A stretch of DNA of 64,000 nt from positions 26,688,001-26,752,000 of the forward strand of contig CP068257.2 of assembly GCA_009914755.4 (NCBI GenBank), in the 5' to 3' direction. The first letter of the stretch is position 1. The number at the start of each line of letters is the position of its first letter. Below the pieces are notes generated by a model that made no database searches, was not told where the DNA came from, and saw nothing but the letters and a program-made list of their open reading frames with translations. A program made the translations under genes and the position numbers. Origin of the DNA: the human T2T-CHM13v2.0 reference genome, Homo sapiens. Below are positions 25,404 to 40,192 of the stretch, in pieces.

Positions 25404-25424
25404 GAGAGAGAGAGAGAGAGAGAG
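25404..25424. repeat. (GA)n short microsatellite
   Basis: 'gagagagagagagagagagag'. Confidence 0.8.
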
Positions 25425-28043
25425 TAGACAGAAGCCTTAGAAGTCATGCAACGTCACATCCACTGCATTCTATCCATCAAGCCAGCCGCAAATGCCACCA
25501 AAATGCAAGGGCATGAAAAATAGACTTTATGTCTTTATCAGAAGAGGCAGAATTCTGAAAAAGCATGTAGGCAATAGAATCTCTCATAATTGGTTTACTC
25601 GACATGCTGTCAGTATAGTTCCATGGAGGAATTTTGTTGTTGCTGTCCTTATTTTCTAAAGAGGTAAAGTTTTATCATGAAGAACAGAACTGATGAATGT
25701 GAAGGAAAGAAAGATAAAACAATTAATAAGCGTGTCCATATTTACATGTGTATTCAGGCTAAGTATGCGTTCCTTCAAAAGGCTCCTATTCACCGCTTGA
25801 AACTGCATGGGGAAATTGATTCATGGCTAAATATAAATAGCAGCTTCCATTTTAATATACAGTCTTCCTTGGGGTAACAGGAAATTGGCATGACTTCACA
25901 CATCAAATATTCTTTTTCCTCCCCTTCCTCCCTCTCCTCCCGCATCCCCTTCTCCTGCTTCTTCCTTTTTTCTCTTTTATAAAATAATTTTGCATTATCC
26001 TCCAAATAATAGTTATACCTCATCACACTCCGTGCCCACACTGTTTCTTCAGACTTTAGATTAAATCCAAAGACATAATGTAATGGCCAGTGATTGTCAA
26101 AGTGCAGAAAAGGTCTATCTAGGGAAGAATTCTCGATAGGAAGAAAATGTGGAACACTCTAATGGAAAGAGAGGAGAGTCAGACCTATTCTCACTCTCTT
26201 CCTTTTGGTGTGGACATATGGTAGGTGGACAGAGGGAACGATGCAAAACAAACACCAGCCCAGTGAGGAGGGAACTCAACGCTATTTGGGGAGCAGTTGT
26301 TGCTTTTTGTGGTATAGTTTAGAGAAATTTCAAGTAGTCATGTTTAGGTTTGGTTAGGAGAGATGACTAGATAGGTTATCTGGAGGGCTTTTCATGATCT
26401 TCACAGAATGAGTGGCACAGTAATTGGTGATATAAGATTCTATGTGCCCAGAATAAAGCACAGAAAACATGAGCAAGAAGAGGCCTCCAGGGGAGTCAGA
26501 GTTAAAAAGGCACAGTATTTAAAAATGTCACCACCAGTGGCAAATAGTTGAGTCCAAGGACTTCAGTAATGGGTATTGGAATGCTAACCACACAGCAGAT
26601 AGGGCCAGTCCTGCTTCACTAGTTGTGGGTTCAGGGACCAAACCAGAAAGTCCCTGCTTAGCAGAGACCAGCAAGATTCAGAAGACACCTCGTAGATCAG
26701 GGAACACTGCTATGGAGGTTCTCCCTTCCTGCACACATGTGGAGAGGAAGGGTGGAGGAGAAGAAAATCTAAACTCCTAAGCACTTGTACAAAGAAGACT
26801 GATACATCCAAAAGTATTATATAAACTGGAAGGGACTGTGATTCTATCAACTTCAGGTTGCAATTTAGGTTTTCCTGACCACTTATAAAGTACTGTTAAT
26901 GAGGATAATCAGATTGGTTGTAGTAAATTAAGAACAACAATATTTTGCCCATCTGAGTACATGCTCACCTAGCAAATGTGTGAGCCTTCCCCATTAGAGA
27001 ATCTTGAAAGCCTTATCATGAAAGAACAAATTTAGCTGACGTAAAAGAACAGAATGTCTTCCCTTAGGAAATGGAGGTCCAAGGTATTCAAATGGCCTGC
27101 TTACAAGTAGCAGAATAGAAATCAGCATTCAGGATGCCTGGCATCCCGTTCAGTTTTCCCTGCCACACCATGTCCCACATGCAGTCAGGTCTGCTTGTTC
27201 TCTAATGGAAAGTCAACGGAGGAATGAGTTCAGATGGGAAGGGAGAGACCAGATTAAAGGTGTGAAAGCCCAGAACACTAATTGGCAAACGTCAGTTAAT
27301 TTTTAAATATAATGTCTTCATCATTAAACACTTACTCTTCTCAAACCATGTGAAATCATTAAAGGATGTTACTGAGTCAACAGAAAAAAAGACAAGGTCC
27401 ATCTTGGATCATTTCACTGTTGGAGACTAAGCAGAAGTGAAAATCTCCTCTAACAAAATTAGCCACTCAAATCATCTAAATGAGCTCAACAATGTTATAC
27501 TAGATTACCTTTCAGAGTAATTAGACCACCCATGCCTGTCAATTTAAGGAGGCTACTTTCTGGAATGTGTTGAACTTGACATCATTCCCAAACTGGTAGA
27601 AAATGGAATAATGAGAATTACAGTTTTGATATCTTTTGTTTAGCCAAGTATGCTTTCTTCCACTAAGTGATCATAGCATTTCTTAATATTATAGATACTT
27701 CATTTTCTTTGTTCAACCCATTTTGTAACATGCTATGTTACTTTATTATTTTGAAAATTGTAGAATTGTGTCTATTCTTCTTAGGCATATTGGTCAAGCT
27801 GTAATTTTTTTTGGTTTAGCATAATTAGAAGTCTGGTATAAAAAAGTGTTTTAAAAACTATTACCTAAAAAAGAAAGTATGGGGCAGTGTAGCTTATGAG
27901 TAGGAAATTTCATTTGTTTGTGTGCACAAGTAAATATTTTCATGGTGAAGTCAGATGCATTTGCATGACCAAAGCTCTATTTGCATGTACAAATATGGGT
28001 TTCAAGTACCCAATACAATTAAATTACACAAACACATATGCTA

Positions 28044-28728
<685 letters not shown>

Positions 28729-30183
28729 TAAAATACTCATCCCTCTACCCTTGCAACTTATAGAAGTAAAAAACAATTTTTTAACTTGAAGAAATACTTT
28801 TAAAAGGCAAATATCCCACAAAATATTTACTTTAATTACAACACAAGCATAACACAGTTTTTAAGAAAGATTTTCAATTCCTCTAAGAAAGTTATATAGA
28901 AACCTATTAAACAGCTACAATTTTAGGTGCCAAACTCACCATGCTATTCCTAGAGAGAAGTAATAATTTTTTTGAAAGGTGGAGAAATTCTCGAAGGCCA
29001 TGGGAATCAATTTTAGGTGGACCCCCGCCAGGCCTGTGACTCTATCAACCCTTAAGATCCGCTACTTTGCTGGAAAACTCTTCCTATTTTCTCAAATGTG
29101 GCATTACAGGCAGTAACCATTATTGAATACTCAGAAAGGAAAGTAAATCTTCAAGTGGGAATATTTTTAAAATATGCCTAAAATGTGAATTTTAGAAAAA
29201 TAACTTTCCTCTCTTACAACTTTTCCTCATTAGTAGTATCTTTCCAAAGTTACCTTGTAAGTTAAATTAAGGTTTAAAAGTGCTTTTATAGTAACTTGAT
29301 CATGTTTTAAGAGGTTCAAAAACAATTATTTTATTAAGGCCTTGGAAATAGTTTAATAAATTCATGCCTAAAATTTTTTTAAATTTTTCTTTATTTTTTT
29401 CCTAATAACATTTTCTGGGCTAAAGGACTTCTCTCAAGTTCACATTCAATGATGTATATTGTTTGAATAAGTATATTCAGAAGTCTTCCAAAACAAGCAA
29501 TTGTGAAAATTTAGTAAGGCTTACTTGGGCCCAAAGTATGATTTTCTTCAGAGTAGTTTCTTATTCTTTTAGACTGTAAGCAATGGACATTATATGTATT
29601 TGCATTTATACTATATAAAAATGTATTTATACTATATATATAAAATATTCACTATAACATACATAAACACAAATATAATGAACATTTTATTTATATGTAG
29701 TATAAATTCACTATCACTATATGTATTATACATACAGTAGTATAAATTCATTGATATCATTCTCTATGAAATACTAAAAATTCTATTCAGCACATCAGGC
29801 TCATTCACCAAAAAAATGATTTTGTCATCATGAATTTCATAGCATTCACTCTGTACTAGGAGAGAGAGAGGGGTTGGAAGTCATGGGACTTCCTTTTAGG
29901 ACACTGAAACCTAGTTGTGAAGAAACATGCACAAAATGATCTATTACTTCCAAAATGTTATATCAAGATCTTAAATTGTACATCCCAACAAATGTAAATA
30001 AGTGATCCGATGTGAACGGCACTTGAAAGGGTTGATGTGGAGTTCACTGTCATTGTCAGAGTAGCACAGACTGGCAGAAGAAGACTTCAGGTGTTTAGAT
30101 AGAAGGAATGATCTCAGCAAAGGAAGAGAGGAGATTAGAACTCCTCAGCAGAAGCCAAAAAGCAGTCAGAAGTTGCTATAAGC

Positions 30184-30296
30184 TCCCACTTATAAGGCAG
30201 AACATGTGGTATTTCGTTTGCTGTTCCTGTGTTAGTTTGCTAAGGACAATGGCCTCTAGCTCCATCCATGTCCCTGCAAAGGACATGATTTTACAC
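30184..30296 (-). mobile_element. Second L1 insertion, inverted 5' segment: antisense of the ORF2 C-terminal codons
   Basis: 'tcccacttataaggcagaacatgtggtatttcgtttgctgttcctgtgttagtttgctaaggacaatggcctctagctccatccatgtccctgcaaaggacatgatttt' is antisense L1. The minus-strand ORF 30176-30379 contains 'IMSFAGTWMELEAIVLSKLTQEQQTKYHMFCLISGS', which is the L1 ORF2p C-terminus '...FMSFVGTWMKLETIILSKLSQ...HMFSLIGG'. Confidence 0.8.
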
Positions 30297-30509
30297 AAGA
30301 ACACATAGAGGGGAAGAACACACACTGGGGCCTTTCTGAGGGTGAAGAGTGGGAGGAGGGAGAGGATCAGGACAAACAACTAATGGGTGCTAGGCTTAAT
30401 ACCTGGGCAATGAAATAATCGGTACAACAAATGCCCATGACCAGCTTTACCTATGTAACAAAGCTACGCTGGTACCCCTGAACTTAAAATAAAAGTAAAA
30501 AAAAAAAAA
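30297..30509 (+). mobile_element. Second L1 insertion, direct 3' segment (3'UTR plus A-tail); older L1PA-like
   Basis: 'acaagaacacatagaggggaagaacacacactggggcctttctgagggtgaagagtgggaggagggagaggatcaggacaaacaactaatgggtgctaggcttaatacctgggcaatgaaataatcggtacaacaaatgcccatgaccagctttacctatgtaacaaagctacgctggtacccctgaacttaaaataaaagtaaaaaaaaaaaaaa' matches the L1 3'UTR, which begins immediately after the ORF2 stop. Flanking direct repeats are 'agaagttgctataagc' (30168-30183) and 'agaacttgccataagc' (30510-30525), about 14 of 16 identical. Confidence 0.85.
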
Positions 30510-31664
30510 AGAACTTGCCATAAGCGTGTTAAAAGAGGAATAGAAATTGAGAATATGTAATACAAAAGAAAAATAGAGTCATGCCTACTGACCACATTCT
30601 GGGAGCCATCACACAAGCCAGCTCTGTTGGATTGATTAATTTTATGTAGCCACAGTGTGGCTAGAACCTTATCATGCATCTTATTATTCTTTTCACATAA
30701 CCTCACGCATATCTCACCATTGAGGACAACGGTGAGAACCAGTCTTGTCTTCATTCTAGAATTAGAGTAATAGGGACAACAAAAACAACAACAAAGTCAT
30801 GGAACATCTAACTGTCCTTCTATCTAAATGTCAACAAACAACTCTGATGTGTCATCCCCACCCCGCTTTACAGTGAATGTTGTCCCAATTATAGTTATGA
30901 TCTTTGTATTCTGGAAAATGCCAAAGGCTGATGCGCATAAAAGAAGAGGTCCATTCCAAAGAAGGCCAGGGAAAAAGGTATCGAGAGATGAGGAGAGCCT
31001 GGAAGATAAACCTTTTGGCCCAAATATAGCTTCCCATTCAAAGAAAGAATTCTACAGCGGTCAACGCTTCCATCTCCAAGACCTATTATGAGCACATTTA
31101 ACTTCTGGCCAGATTCCCAGCATTTCTGCTGTTCTTTGACTTTTCTACTGGTCCACAATGATGGAAATTCACACACAAAAGGATATGTAGAGTAAGAGTG
31201 CACAAATATGGGCATCTTCTATTCACCCATTGAAAGACAGGGTCCATTTCTGAAGGCATGCTTGCTATTTCCACCAAATAAAAGGAGTAGGAAACATAAA
31301 AGGTCTATTAGATCATCTTGTCAACTCTTTTTCTTAGTTTCGTCAACAGTCCAGGATGCTGTCAAATGAAACTCCTCACTTTAGGGCATCTCCAAGGATA
31401 AAGGCAAGGCACGCCTCTGGAATTTACATAGATTCCCAGTCTGCCAACCAGCTACAACAAGGTTCTATGATTCATGATTAGAAATGATGAAAGAAAGTAA
31501 CACTGTTTATCATCACATACCACCTCCCTGTGTTTCTTTCTCCCAGAATTAATAAATGCAATGACACTGAATTCACAAAAATATTGTATTTTTAAGCTTT
31601 CATATGCAATGATTCCTTTCATTGCTATTAATAAACAAGAGGACTCCTCCAGCTGAACTCTTTC

Positions 31665-31665
<1 letters not shown>

Positions 31666-31708
<43 letters not shown>
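31666..31708. repeat. (TG)n microsatellite, ~21 units
   Basis: Uninterrupted 'tgtgtgtg...' run. Confidence 0.95.
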
Positions 31709-31712
<4 letters not shown>

Positions 31713-32751
31713 ATCTGACAAGTTTGCTGTACTGTGCTAATGAGCCCTAACGGTTTTAACATAAGTCCTGCAGGGCTGGACTACTTGAGGCTTATTCCAT
31801 CATTGAAAAAAAATGCTCAAGCTTATGGCCATACTAGACGTTCAGATAGCTTGAAGTGAAATACAGTCTGTCAATCTGTTCAGTGTCATACCTATAATCA
31901 GAATGCTGGGAATGTGCACAAGTCCTTGTGCTTTTTCTTATGAATTGGAAGACTTTTCTTTCTTAAATAAAAGGAAACAGATCATGCAGCATGTTGAGTA
32001 GAAACAGGCTGGTGCATAACAGGAGAAGAAAATCCAATGGAATAGCCACACACAGATTGCCTTTACTTCTAGGTTGGCAGGCAATGTAAGATTTGGAATT
32101 AACACCAGAAAGGAATTTCTCCCATCTCTTTCCATGGAGCTGGCTCACTGATGTTCAAGCCATGTTAATAGTCTCAGACTGCTGGCTCTGGAAAATGCTA
32201 AAGGTATCAAAAGGCACTCAGAGATTTACCAGTGAATCCAAAATATAAAAGCATTTATCCAAGTGCACCCAGTTTCCCAGTCTTCATTAATAATCAGGTA
32301 ATTGAAAGTGTTCTCATCTCTAATGCCTAATGCAGTGAATTATGTGCAGTCTTGCCACCACATCTATGAGGCACGTTAAAGCCCATGGTGGGTTCTCAAC
32401 CCTGGCGGCATGCTAATGTCACCCAGAGAGCTCTCACCAAATACCTACATCCAGGGCCCATCCCCAGAGATTCTGGCTTAATTGGCCTGAAGTAGAGCCA
32501 AGCCTTGGTATTTTGTATTGCTCCCCAGGAGATTCTAGTGTGCAGCCAAGATTGAAAGACTAAAATGAACAGGCTGAATCTGAAATGAATTATAGATACA
32601 TTATAATAACATGTAACTCTTTATTAGAAGACTCAGAACTTTCTAGAAAAAAATTCCTCTGACTCCTCAAGACTGCTCTCACTACTTCACTTAATGTCTC
32701 CTGTGTATCTCAGAGATCAGGAGTTACTTGGCATAAAATGTGTGTGAGAGG

Positions 32752-32990
32752 CAGCCTTGCGTAATGGTTAAGAGCACGGTGTTTATATTCTTGGGTTTAA
32801 ATCCTTACTCCTATTTAGTGGTATGATCTTGGTTGAATTACTTAGTTCTGTTCCTCTACTTTCCCTCTGTAAAATGGTAATAATAGCTCCAGTTGAAAGG
32901 ATTGAATGACTCAATGTGCGTGAAACACTTACACTGTGCCTGGCCCATGGGAAGCTCTACATATGTACTGGCTATTACTATCCCTAAACT
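32752..32990 (+). mobile_element. MIR SINE (ancient)
   Basis: 'ggcagccttgcgtaatggttaagagcacggtgtttatattcttgggtttaaatccttactcctatttagtggtatgatcttggttgaattacttagttctgttcctctactttccctctgtaaaatggtaataatagctccagttgaaaggattgaatgactcaatgtgcgtgaaacacttacactgtgcctggcccatgggaagctct' tracks the MIR consensus ('ggcagagtggttaagagcacggactctggagccagactgcctgggttcgaatcccggctctgccacttactagctgtgtgaccttgggcaagttacttaacctctctgtgcctcagtttcctcatctgtaaaatggggataataatag...gtgcctggcacatagtaagcgctc'). Confidence 0.55.
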
Positions 32991-35900
32991 GCCATTAGCT
33001 GAAAAACAAAAATGTATGAAAATCCAAACCCAAAGTGTTTAATGCTTGAACAGCGTTCTAAACAAGAATCAGCTTTTGTTTTCCCTTTACTGTAAGTCTA
33101 GTATGCAATGACCTCTACAATTCTTAATATTCCACCCAGGACTCAGCCAAATGCACTAGTTTCTTCCATCAAAAAGGCTGCATGTTTTTTGCCAGTATTG
33201 TCAAATTGGGAATCAGTTATTACATAATTTTGTGTTTACTAACAGCATTGTTGCAATACCATAAAAACTATAGTTTGCAAAAGAGCACTGTATTTCCAGA
33301 TGTTTTGTGCACTTCTATAGCAGTTTTGGTGATATCTGGAGAATAAGCATTATGTAAACCTGAAATTTAAATTTCCATTTGTACAATAACAAGACTGACA
33401 TAATGTGGATGCAAAGTGTGGTAGTTTTTTTTTTTTTTTTAAAAAAAGGAAGAAAAAAGCTAAAAAGTCTTTTGTATAAGCATGCGCCCCGCTTAACTAG
33501 CTACTTCACTGTTTGACAAAATATCATTTGGAAACTATGTCGGTAAATACCATCAATCCCATTTAGAAGTTGTACTGCACTGACTCTGAAATATTGTTTT
33601 GCTTTTAATTCTGCAGGCATAATTTTTCCAGTGGGTCAGAATCAAGATTACAATAATGTGAAGCAGCGGAAGAAAATCTCCCTGCTGTTAGAAGAAAACA
33701 TGGTTATCCTACCTATTAGCAGACAAACATGGAAATATTTGATTTAATTTAACGTTGACATAATTTAATTTGACTTAATGCTCTCCCAGGGAACAGTGAT
33801 TTCTGATGTCAGGAACTGCCTTTCCTTTAAGGCACATGCTTCTTCTTTAGAGGTAAGGAACTGCAAACATTTTCTGTAAAGCACCACGCATATACATTTT
33901 AGATTTTGCACCCATATGTTCTCTGTTGCAATACTAAACTCTGCTATTGAAGCAAGAAAGTCACAAATAAATGAGCATGTCTGGTATGGAAGGCTGGATA
34001 ATAGTTTCCAAAGAAAAGCAGATTCTAATACCTGCAACATGTGACTACTGCCTTATATTGCAAAAGGAACTTTGCAGGTATGGTTAAATCAAGGATCTTG
34101 AAATGAGGAGATTATTCTACATCATCTGGATGAGCCCTAAAAGTAATCACACTTGTCTTTAAAAAAGAGAGGCAGAGGGACATTTGACCAGAGACAGAAG
34201 GCAATGTGACAACTGGAGCAGGATGCTATGCTACTGGCATGAAAGATAGAGAAAGGGCCAGATGCCACAAAATCAGTTTTTACATGTAAAATACAGTGTT
34301 ATCAACTACAGGGACAATATTGTACAGCAGATCTCTGGTACTTACTCATCTTGCCTAATTGAGAATTTATGCTCTTTGACTAGCAACTCCCTACAGCCCC
34401 TTGCCCCCAGCCCCAGGTTACCACCATGTTACCCTCTAATTCTATGAGTTTGACTATTTTAGATACCTCATGTCAGGGGAATCATGCAATTTTAGTCGTT
34501 CTATGACTGGCTTATTTCACTTAGCATCAGGTCCCCAGGATCATCCAAGGTGTTGCATATAGCAGGACTTTCTTTTTTAACCTTGAATAAATATTACATT
34601 GTAAGTACGTACCATATTTTCTTTATTTGTTCATCTTAGAAGGATGTTTATTCATTTCTAATCTTGTTATTGCAAATAGTGATGCAATGAACATTGGAGT
34701 GCTAACATCTCTTCTAGATTCTAATTCTTTTGGATAAATACTAGAAGTGGGAGTAGTGTACTATGTGATAGCTCTATTTTTAATATTTTGAGAACACTCC
34801 TTACTCTTTTCCATAGCTGCTGCACTATTTGGCATTTCTCCAACAGTGCTCAAGAGATCCAACTTCTCCACATCCTCACCAACACCTGTTGTGTTTTGAT
34901 TGTTGAAAACAGCCATATTAAAAAGTGTGAGGTGATATATCATTATGGCTTTGATTTGCATTTCTCTGATGATTACTGACAATGAACATCTTTTCTTTTA
35001 CCTGTTGGCCATTTGTATGTCTCAATGACTGTTTATTCAAGACTTTAGCCCATTTCTTAATGTGGTAGTTTTTTTACTATTAAGTTATAAAAGTTTCCTT
35101 ATATATTTTGGAAATTAATCATTTATGTAATAAATGGTTTACAAAGATTTTATTCCATTCCCTAGATTGCCTTTTCACTCTATTGATTATTTCCTTTGAT
35201 GTCAGAAACTTTCTAGTTCAATGTTGGCACTCTTGGGAATCAGTTATTATATAATTTTGCGTTTTAAATTTTTTATTTTAATTTTGTATTTTGCTTTTCT
35301 TGCCTGCTTTTGATGTCATATTCATGAATTTATTGCCAATACCAATGTCTTCAAGTTTTACAGTTTCAGGTCTGATACGTAAGTCTTTAATCCACTTTGA
35401 GTTGAATTTACATATGCTTTAATATAAAGGTCCAATTCTATTCTTTTGCCTGTGGATATCCAGTTGTGCCAGAGCCATTTGTTGAAGAAATTATCCTTTC
35501 TCAATTGTATGACCTTTGTCAAAGATAATTTGACCATATATGTGTGAATTTATTTTCGGGTTCTCTATTCTGTTCCATTTTTCTATGTGTTTGTCTTTAT
35601 GCCAGTAACATATTATTTTTATTTTTTATTGATAGATGAAACTTTGTGTATTTACCATGTATAATGTATTGTTTTAAAGTATACATACAATGTTGAATAA
35701 CTAACTAGCTAATTAACATATGCATCCCTTCACATGGTTATCATTTTTGTGATGAGAACACTTTATATCCACTTTCTTAGCTATTACTATAGCTTTGGAA
35801 TAAATTTTGAAATTAGGAAGTGTGATGCCTCTAAGTTTGTTCCTCTTGATCAAGATTGTTTTAGCTATTTGAGGTATTTTGTACTCCCATATAAATTTTA

Positions 35901-36639
35901 GAATTATTTTTTCTAATTCTATAAAAAATTCCATTGGGAATTTGATAGGGATTACATTGAATCTGTAGATTACTTTGGGCAGTATTGACATTTTAACAAT
36001 ATTAAGTCTTTCAATCTATGAACACAGGATATCTTCCATCTGCTTGTATCTTGTTTATTTCATCAACGTTTCGTAGTTTTCTGTGTACAAGTATTTTGCC
36101 TCCTTAATATGTTTTGCTTTTTGTTGCTTTATAAGTGGACTTGTTTTCCTAATTTTTTTCAGACAGATTGTTGTATAGAAACTCAACTGATTTTTGTATG
36201 TTGACTTGTATCCCACAATTTTACTGACGTTATTAGTCCTAATAGTTTTTTTAATGGAGTCTTTAGGGTTTTCTATGTATAAAAACTGTATCTGCAAACA
36301 AGAGACAATGCTAATTTTTCCTTTCTGATTTGAGTGCCACTTTTCTTTTCTTGCCTAATTTCTCAGGCTAGGAATTCCAGTACTATATTAAATAAAACAA
36401 CAAAAGTGACAAAAGAGGGCATCCTTGCTTTGTTCCAAATCATAGAAGAAAAACTTCCAAGTTTTCACCAGTAAGTATGATGTCAACTGTGGGCTCTTCA
36501 TCTATGGCCTTTATTATGTTGAGGTAAAGTCTTTCTATGCCTAGTTTGTTTAGAGCTTGTATCACTAAAATGTTGTTGAATTTTGTCAAACACTTTTTCC
36601 ACATCTATTAAAATGATATGTATATTATAGATTTTATTC

Positions 36640-36890
36640 TGTTAGTTCATTCAGGCTGTTATAACAAATATTTTAGATTGGGTGGTTAATAAACAGAAAT
36701 TTACTTCTCACAGTTTTAGAGGATGAGATGTTCACAATTGAGGCACTGGCCTCTTGTATAAGAGCACTAATTCCAATCATCTCCCTAAGGCTCTACCTCC
36801 TAATGTCATCACATTGGTGATGAGGTATTAACGCGTGAATTTTGGGGTGACACAAACATTCAGACCATAGAAGTGGCATAGTACATTAAT
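36640..36890 (-). mobile_element. MaLR LTR fragment (MST/MLT1-type) nested inside L1 #1
   Basis: 'ggctgttataacaaatattttagattgggtggttaataaacagaaatttacttctcacagttttagaggatgag...ctaattccaatcatctccctaaggctctacctcctaatgtcatcacattggtgatgaggtattaacgcgtgaattttggggtgacacaaacattcagacca' is the reverse complement of the same LTR family as 6553-6930 ('...ctccagaactgtgagaaataaatgtttgttgtttaagccacccagtctatggtattttgttatagcagcc'). L1 antisense sequence resumes on both sides. Confidence 0.6.
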
Positions 36891-37239
36891 TATTTTTGTA
36901 TGTTAAAACAATCGTGCATCTCAGAGAGCAATCCCACTTGGTCATGGTGTATAATCCTTTTAATGTGCTGTTGAATTCAGTTTGCTGGTACTTTGTTAAA
37001 AATTTTTACATCTTCAGGGATATTGACCTGTAGTTTTCTTTTTTTGTAGTATATTTGTCTGGATTTGGTATCAGGGTAATGTTGAGATCTCGTAAAAAAA
37101 CTTTTCCAGTTTTTTTAAAGAGTCTGAGAAAGGTTGATGTTAATTCTTCCTTATGTGTTTGGTAGAATTTACCAGTGAAGCCATCTGGTGCTGGGCTTTT
37201 CTTTATTAAGAAGTTTCTGGACAATGATCCAATCGTATA

Positions 37240-37860
37240 TAAATATATATAGATATAGATAGACATAATTTATAAATAATATAATTTATATTATATTATA
37301 TATAATTATATATTTATATATCATATATTATATATCATTTATATATCATTTAAGTATATCATCTATATATAATATATGATATATATCATTTATATAATAT
37401 ATCATAGAAATATATATATCATTATATAAATATATATAATTTATATAATGATATATAATAACGTTATATTTATATAATGATATATATTTATATATAAATA
37501 TATATAATGATATATACATATATAACATCTAATACATTAATATATTATATATCATTGATATGTCATTAATATATCAGATGATACATCATTAATATATCAT
37601 TAATATATTAGATATTGATATATCACTATATTAGATATCATTGTTGATATATCACTATAATATAGTAATATATTAGATATTATTTGTATTATATACAATA
37701 TATAAAAATATATTACATAAAATTAATATATTAAAATTACATAAAATACATTATATATAGCATACATAACAAAATATATGCTATATATTATATAGTATAT
37801 TTATGTATATTTATTTATACTGATATATGTGTATATATATTGGTATGTGTACATATATAT
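37240..37860. repeat. ~620-bp AT-rich minisatellite-like tract (degenerate 'atatatcatt' / 'tgatatatcacta' / 'ttaatatatcat' units) embedded in L1 #1
   Basis: Direct reading. Almost no G or C over ~600 bp, with many overlapping short repeats. The all-Y/I/L ORFs at 37346-37528 are artefacts. Confidence 0.8.
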
Positions 37861-39100
37861 ATGTATAGGTACGTTCTTTGGGATCAGTTGAGACACGTCT
37901 TCTTTCATTTCTGATTTTACTTATTTAACTATTCTATCTTCTTTTTTAGTCTAGCTAAAGGTTGTCAATTTTGTCTGTCTTTAAAATATACCAACACTTA
38001 GGTTTGCTGACTTTTTGTATTGTTTTCTATTATCTATTGTGCTTATTTCTCTTCTAAACTGTACAATATCCTTTCTTCTGCTAACTTTAGGCTTAGGTTG
38101 CTCTTCATTTTACTTTTTCACCTATTTTACTCCTTTGAGGTGTAAGGTTAGGTTATTTATTGAAGATCTTTCTTCGTTTTTAATGTAGGCATTTATTACC
38201 ATAAACCTCCTTCTTAGAACTGCTTTTGCTGCATCTTAGAAATGTTTAGTATGTTGTATTTTTATTTTTGTTTGTCTCAAAATATTTTCTAACTTCCCTT
38301 TTGATTTTTTTCTTTTACCCATTGGTTGTTGAGAAGTAAGTGTTTTTAAATTTCCATATATTTGTGAATTTTCCAGTGTTTCTTCTGCTCTTGACTTCTA
38401 GTTTCATTTCATTGTGGTCATAAAAGATACTTAGTATAATTTCAATCTTCTTAAATTTGTTAGCATTCATTTTGTGACCTAGCCCGTGCTCAATCCTAAA
38501 GAAATATTCATGTACACATGAGAAGACTTTCTATTCTGCTTCTCTTGGGTTGGATGTTCTACATATATCTGTTAAGTCCATTTAGTCTATAGTGTTATTC
38601 AAGTCCTCTGTTTACTTATTGATATTCTGTCTGGATGTCTGTCCATTATTGAAAGTGTGGCACTGAAGTCTCCTACTATTATTGCATAGCTATTTCTACC
38701 CTCAGCTTTGTCATAAATATACAAAGCTCATCTGCTGTATATATTTAGATGCTCTAATGTTGGAGGTGTATGTACTTATAATCATTGTATCTTCCTGGGA
38801 AATTGATTGTTTTATCATTACAAAACATCTTTTTTATGTTTAGTGAAAGTTTTTGACTTAAAAATCTATTTTGCCTGATGCAAGTGTATCCACCTTTGTT
38901 GTATTTTGGTTGCCACTTCAACCAAATTTGCCACATCAAATATCTTTTTCCATCCCTTCACTTGTAGCTATATGTGTCCTTAAATCTAATGTCAGTTTCA
39001 TGTGGATACAGTATAGTTGGATGACTTTTTAGTCCATTCAGCCACTCTAAGCCTTTTGATTGGGACATTTAATCATTTAAACTTTAAAAGTTTAAATTAA

Positions 39101-39517
<417 letters not shown>

Positions 39518-39746
39518 CTCTTTTTGTCTCTTGCTCCTTTCATTTGTGTTTCATTGATTTTTTTTTATTGATATGCCTTTATTTCTTATTTTTATCTTGT
39601 GCTATAGGCATTTTATTGTGGTTACCATGGGACCTACATAAAATATCTTACAGTTTTAACAGTATTTTTTTAAAAAAATAACAATTTAACTTCAAGCATA
39701 TGCAAAAACTTTTTTCTTTCCCCACACTCAGTTATTGATTTCCTAA

Positions 39747-40192
<446 letters not shown>

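Noticed and set aside
29575-29760. Degenerate tandem repeats 'tatttatactatat...' in an AT-rich patch
   Set aside because: The copies are short and very imperfect. It is ordinary AT-rich low-complexity sequence, not a defined satellite.
30828-31215. 87-aa (+) and 106-aa (-) overlapping ORFs with a few CpGs ('gatgcgcat', 'ggtatcgag', 'cagcggtcaacgctt')
   Set aside because: There are no flanking splice-like signals and no recognisable similarity. Two strands being open at once suggests chance. I noted the slightly elevated CpG content but it is insufficient to call anything.
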